From Eledone cirrhosa (Eukaryota), in assembly GCA_964016885.1 (NCBI GenBank), contig OZ024741.1, forward strand, positions 104,160,001 through 104,224,000: DNA of 64,000 nucleotides, given 5' to 3'. Positions within the stretch are counted from its first letter, which is position 1. Every line of letters starts with the position of its first letter. The translations under genes were made by a program, and so were the position numbers. This document shows positions 58,868 to 64,000 of the stretch, in pieces. Below the pieces are notes generated by a model. It saw nothing but the letters and a program-made list of their open reading frames with translations, made no database searches and was not told the origin of the DNA.

Positions 58868-61800
58868 GTGTCAGGTTGCTCCCGAGTGTTACTGGTAACA
58901 TGTAACCCAGTACTACCTGTCTCATGGTCGGGTCGTCGGCGACTAAATCGGCAACCCCATCAAGCTTGCTTGGCGAGGAGGGTGATATTTGGACACCCTG
59001 CGGGATGAAATACAAGACCCAGCAAAGGGTGGAACTCAGCAGAGTCAACGGCCATCCAAATAGTACTTTTTTTTTTTTTTTTTTTTTTACCTGGAAGTGA
59101 AGGGCCCCCTGCTGTTGTCACTACACCTTTCTAGGTGAGGGAAACTCTGAAAAAAAACCTGCGGCTTTGGAAGCATCCGATGATGTTGACCAGTTCTCCT
59201 ATTCGGGTAGTGCTTTCGATGCTCAGAGAGTGGGATTGGTCGCGTGCAAGGTCTTTCCCCACTTAAAAAAAACCTTCAAAGCACAGGCATCGCTTGTTCA
59301 GGATCTGTTACAGGTTCGTGTGGCTGGCCATAGCCTAAAAGTGCACTAAACTCTATGATGACAGATGATAACATTGAAGTCAATGGCAGTAAGGGCTCTG
59401 GAACTTATTGTGAAGGGGTCTGGCCCGGCAGGTGTCCCATGGCACCGCAGCGTGGGTCCGGTCATCATCCTACAACTGCAAAGTGGTTCAAACCTCTGAA
59501 TATTGGATGTTGGAATGTAAGAACTTTACTAGAGTCCAAGTCCAGTAAAACTCGCCCTGCAAGAAGATCTGCTTTAATGTCGAGGGAACTCGATCGCTAT
59601 AGCATGGACATCGCTGCTCTTTCAGAAACGAGATTGGCAGGTGAGGGTCAATTCACAGAACAGAAGGGAGGATATACCTTCTATTGGAGTGGTGGAGTAG
59701 AGGGTTGCATTTGAGGCAGGGTTCGCATTTGGAGTCAGGAATGGAATCGTCTCAAAGCTAGAAAATCTACCTTGAGGATTCAATGATCGGATAATGTCCA
59801 TGAGAGTCCCTCTGATTCAAAATCGCTTTGTGACTCTGGTCAGTGTGTACGCTCCTACTATGTGTGCTAGTGATGATGAAAAACTAAGTTTCTACATGTC
59901 TTTGAAAGAGGTCATCCATGGTATTCCTTATGCAGACAAGATTGTCATCCTTGGTGATTTTAATGCACGTGTTGGTAATGACTGGAAGCTTGGAGTGTGA
60001 TGGGAAGGCATGGAGTAGGTAAGTGCAATAACAATGGCCTACTTCTGTTGCAGATGTGCACTCAGATGGATCTTGTTGTTGGGAACACGCTCTTTCAGCA
60101 GAAAGACAAATATAAGACGCATCCAGGTTCCAAGAAGTCAGCTTATTGACTTCGTTTTAACGAGAAAAACGTGATATCATGGATATCACGTTGGTTCGTG
60201 TATTGCGAGGCGCGGAAGGTTGGACTGATCATCGTCTGGAGCGCGCCTAGTTTCAATTTGTTGTGAAGCCCAAAGTAAGGGGGAAGAAGGTTTCACTTCC
60301 AAAACAACTAAACGTGGCTCGTCTGAAAATAGAGAAAGTCAGAGCTGAGCTGTCGAGGTCCCTCGAGTCCATGGAATTGAAAACACTTGGGAATCATTGA
60401 AGAAAACCGTCTATGATGTTAGTGCTGGAGTTTTGGGTCATACCAATAGAAAGCATAAAGACTGGTTCGATGAAAATGATCCAGTGATCCATACTTTGCT
60501 TGAAGAGAAACAAAAAGTGCTGACATCATTGTTGTGTGAGACACGTTCTGACGGGAGTGACCGGACCTTCAGGCAGATCAAGGCACGTCTGCAACATCGA
60601 TTGAAAGCCATGCAGGATACCTGGTGGAGCCAAAAGACTGATGAAATCCAGAAGGCCTCAGATAGACATGATACAGAGCTCCTATACAGTCTACTCAGGG
60701 AGGTATATGGTCCGACCGGTTCACAAATATCATCACTTCGCTCCGGGGACGGCAAGGAATTGCTCAGAGATCCGAAGGAAATCCTGATCAGGTGGCATGA
60801 TCACTTTGATGAGCTTCTCAACAGACCATCAGAAATTGATGATGAGTTCATCCGGTTGATTCCATCCAGACCCACAAAGCTAGCAATGGCTGATCCTCCT
60901 TCATTTGATGAGGTGGAGAAGGCCATTGCCAAATTAAACAGCGGCAAGTCACCTGGACTGAGTGCCGAGATTTTCAAGAGTGCTGGTGATAACTTCTTAA
61001 ACCGCCTCACTGATCTCTTTGTGAATGTTTGGAATGAAGAAGATGTGCCACAAGATTGGAAAGATGCATTGATGGTGGTACTTTACAAAGGAAAGGGAGC
61101 CAAATATGACTGTGGCAACTACAGAGGTATTTCACTGCTATCTGTGACTGGGAAGATCTTGTGCAGGATATTGTTGGACAGATTGATACAGCACATTGCT
61201 GTTGAGGTACTTCCTGAGTCCCAATGTGGCTTTAGGAATGGCAGAGGCACTGTTGACATGATCTTCTCGGCCAAACAACTTCAAGAGAAATGCATTGAGC
61301 AGCGCATGGACTTATACCAAGTTTTTGTCGATCTGACCAAGGCATTTGACACCGTTAATCGGAAGGCTTTGTGGGTTATTTTGGAGAGATTGGGCTGTCC
61401 TGAAAAGTTTATGAACATTCTGAAACTCTTCCACGATGACATGCAAGCATGGGTGAATGTTGGAGGTAAACTGTCTGAGCCAATCTCGGTTGAAAATGGT
61501 GTCAAGCAGGGTAATATACCTGCACCGACTTTGTTTGCCTTGTATTTCCAAATGGTGTTCTTTATGGCCTACAAGGATTGTCAACACGGTATCTATCTCA
61601 GATATCGCACTTCCGGCAAGCTGTTTAACCTTAGGCGTCTCACTGCCAACACTAAGGTACTGAGTACCTTGATCAGAGAATTTTTATATGCAGATGATTG
61701 TGATCTCTTTGCACACTCCCAGAGTGACATGCAACACCTTATGGATTCTTTTTTCAATGCGTGCAGTGCTTTGGGACTAACAATCAGTCTGAAGAAGACT

Positions 61801-62458
61801 GTCGTCATGTACCAACCTGCTCCGGATAAAGTTTTCAATGAACCCTCCATACACGTATACGGTCAAAAGCTGAAGGCTGCTGACACATTTGTGTATTTTG
61901 GGAGTACTCTGAGTGTAGCCTGCTCTCTGGATGCAGAAGTTGGTCTACGTGTTAGTAAGGCAAGTGAGTCATTTAGAAGGCTCAACGACCGTCTTTGGTG
62001 CAGGCGAGGAATCACAATGAGGACCGGACCAAGGTGAGAGTACATGCTGCATGTGTACTATCAGCTTTGCTGTATGCATGTGAGACGTGGGTTGCCTACA
62101 AACGGCATATCCACAGACTGGAACGGTTTCACCAGCAGTGTCTCAGAAAGATGCTCGGTGGCAGATGCATGTGAGTGATGTTGAGGTCCTTGAGAGAAGT
62201 GAGTGTTGGAGCATTGAGAGTATCATCCACCAACGGCGTTTGCGATGGACCGGATACTTCTGCAGAATGGAGGATGATCGAATCCCAAAACAACTCTTGT
62301 ATGGCGAGCTTTGTGAGAGTAAGAGACCACCCCACAAGCCAAAGCTCCGATTCAGGGATTGTGTAAAGGACTCGTTGAAAAAAATTGGTTTGATGATGGC
62401 TGACTGGGAGATAGAAACTCTTGAAAGAGAAACTTGGCGTGGAATGGTGAATGATGGG
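58867..62458 (+). mobile_element. RTE-clade LINE (APE + RT), near full-length but lacking its 3' end; stops and frameshifts
   Basis: IGCWNVRTL, IAALSETRL, SVYAPT, LGDFNARVG, NYRGISLLS, PESQCGFR, FVDLTKAFD, GVKQG, LYADD. Confidence 0.92.
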
Positions 62459-63800
62459 CAGTTCTTGTGTGCCTTTAATGGTTTCTGTAAACAGCTGTAT
62501 GAGATCTTGCTGATAGAAAGTGAAATTCTTCAACCAGTATCCTGTAATGAGGTCTGAGCCTGGTGATTTCCTATTCGACATTTTCTGTAGAGCTGTTTCC
62601 AGTATTGACCCATCTATGTCATATTGTTTTGTCTGGACATGTTGGCAGTAGTCCTGTTCCAGTTCTTTTAGCCAATTAGTTTGTCTGTTGAATCCGTCAT
62701 CCGTTTCCCATACAGATCTCCAGTAGCTCTCAACCTGTTCTTTTAAAGGGGTGTCATTTACAGAGATTGAGCTTTTGCCTCCGAAGCTGCGAAAACTGAT
62801 TTAGGATCTCTGGCAAACAATCTATTTAGCACTTGTCGTTTATGTGCTGTTGACTTATATTTTAGTCTTTCTGTTGTAGCTGTGAGTTGTTGTTTCAACT
62901 GGTGTAATTTGGAGTTTAAAGTTTTAAATTTTGTATCTCCAAATCGCCTCTCTAACTTTTTTTAGGTCTTCCTGGTGTCGTGTGAAGTTGCTCTCTATGT
63001 TGCATTTCATAACGACTGCGATGTGTGAGATACTTTGTCCAGGGACAAAATTTTGCTTTTTAAATTTCGCATCCATGCTGGTTCAGGCTTTTTGTTTCTA
63101 TCTTGATTGCATGGTTTTAGATGTTTGTTATACAATGTCATTTCTACACCTTTAGATCGTATAGCCTTCAGATAATTGCCAGCTATTTCGTTCACCGCTT
63201 CCAATTCCAATTTAGTGGGTTCTTTACTGATTCTGGTACTGTATGGTCTGTCACTCACATTAAGGCTGTGTATCTCTTGAAACATATCGTCCCATATCAC
63301 TTGTAAGGTGTCCACAAGTTTTTGGTGTTCTGTTTGTACAGTAGAGTCATGAATTTCAGCCTCGTTGTTGATGTGGTGACAATTACTACTAGAGTTAGCT
63401 GACCATTCTCGCTGTTCTTCAGTGGAAGTGGGATGGATTTCAGCAAAATTGTTGGTGAGCTGTTCACTGTTAGATTTAACTGGCCATTCTCTTTGTCTGT
63501 CAGTGGAGGTGGGGTGGTTGTCTACAAGGGTTGTATTTGTAGTATCACTCAATTCCGTTAGATGTATCAATTTACATCTAATGATACGTTTTGCCTGTTC
63601 ATTTAAATGCTTTGGAGAACAGTCTAATTCTGGGTGTTTGGAGTTCCATAAAGTTTTTAGCCTTTGCATAAAACCAAACTTTTGGGGTTCAGATTGTTTG
63701 TATACTTTATATAATTCTTTGTTAAGCTCGTAGCTCCACTGTATACAACGGTTGTAGTTGCGATTTGGTCGAAGGAGACTTGTACGTTTCGCCATGATGA
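62459..63800 (-). mobile_element. R4/Dong-like element, 5' half (N-terminal domain to start of RT)
   Basis: WSYELNKEL...GFMQRLKTLW..KHPEL N-terminal motif; PAW..NL; KSPGSDLITGYWLK. Confidence 0.8.
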
Positions 63801-64000
63801 GTTCGTCTATTCACTAATATTTTGTATTTATTTTTGAAAATAGTCGATAATCTTCTTTAAAAGTTTCGACAAAGTTCTGTCAGAATCAAATTTAAAGTTA
63901 TTCGCAGCTTGGGTAATATTTCTTTTCAATTAATTTTTAATTCTACAACTGTGTTTTAAACCTTGTTCTTGAATCGTTTGAATCGAGAACAAAAAACAAA

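Overview
AT-rich, microsatellite-dense animal DNA; the SINE family and (TA)n/(CA)n load point to an octopus-type cephalopod (inference). The whole window lies inside one minus-strand TRPA1-like ion-channel gene. I reconstructed 12 phase-consistent GT-AG exons (56279 down to 5445; 1453 nt, about 484 aa) covering the last ankyrin repeats, the linker and S1-S6; both ends of the gene lie outside the window. The introns hold a young Penelope-like (Naiad-type RT + GIY-YIG) element arranged as a ~4.2-kb-arm inverted repeat, two internally deleted mariners, Ty3/Gypsy, Tx1/L1, CRE-like, R4/Dong-like and RTE retroelements, Helitron-like pieces, many tRNA-derived SINEs and a 61-bp dimeric satellite. The most notable unannotated layer is about 15 hammerhead ribozyme (HHR) motifs from several families. 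Many have palindromic stem III, a non-canonical pair at the base of stem II, or a stem II expanded to ~100 nt; about 9 are sense to the TRPA1 pre-mRNA and several sit in fold-back elements. The channel itself appears to lack two classical electrophile-sensing cysteines and the selectivity-filter glycine. All structures and homologies were read by eye; no searches or folding programs were run.
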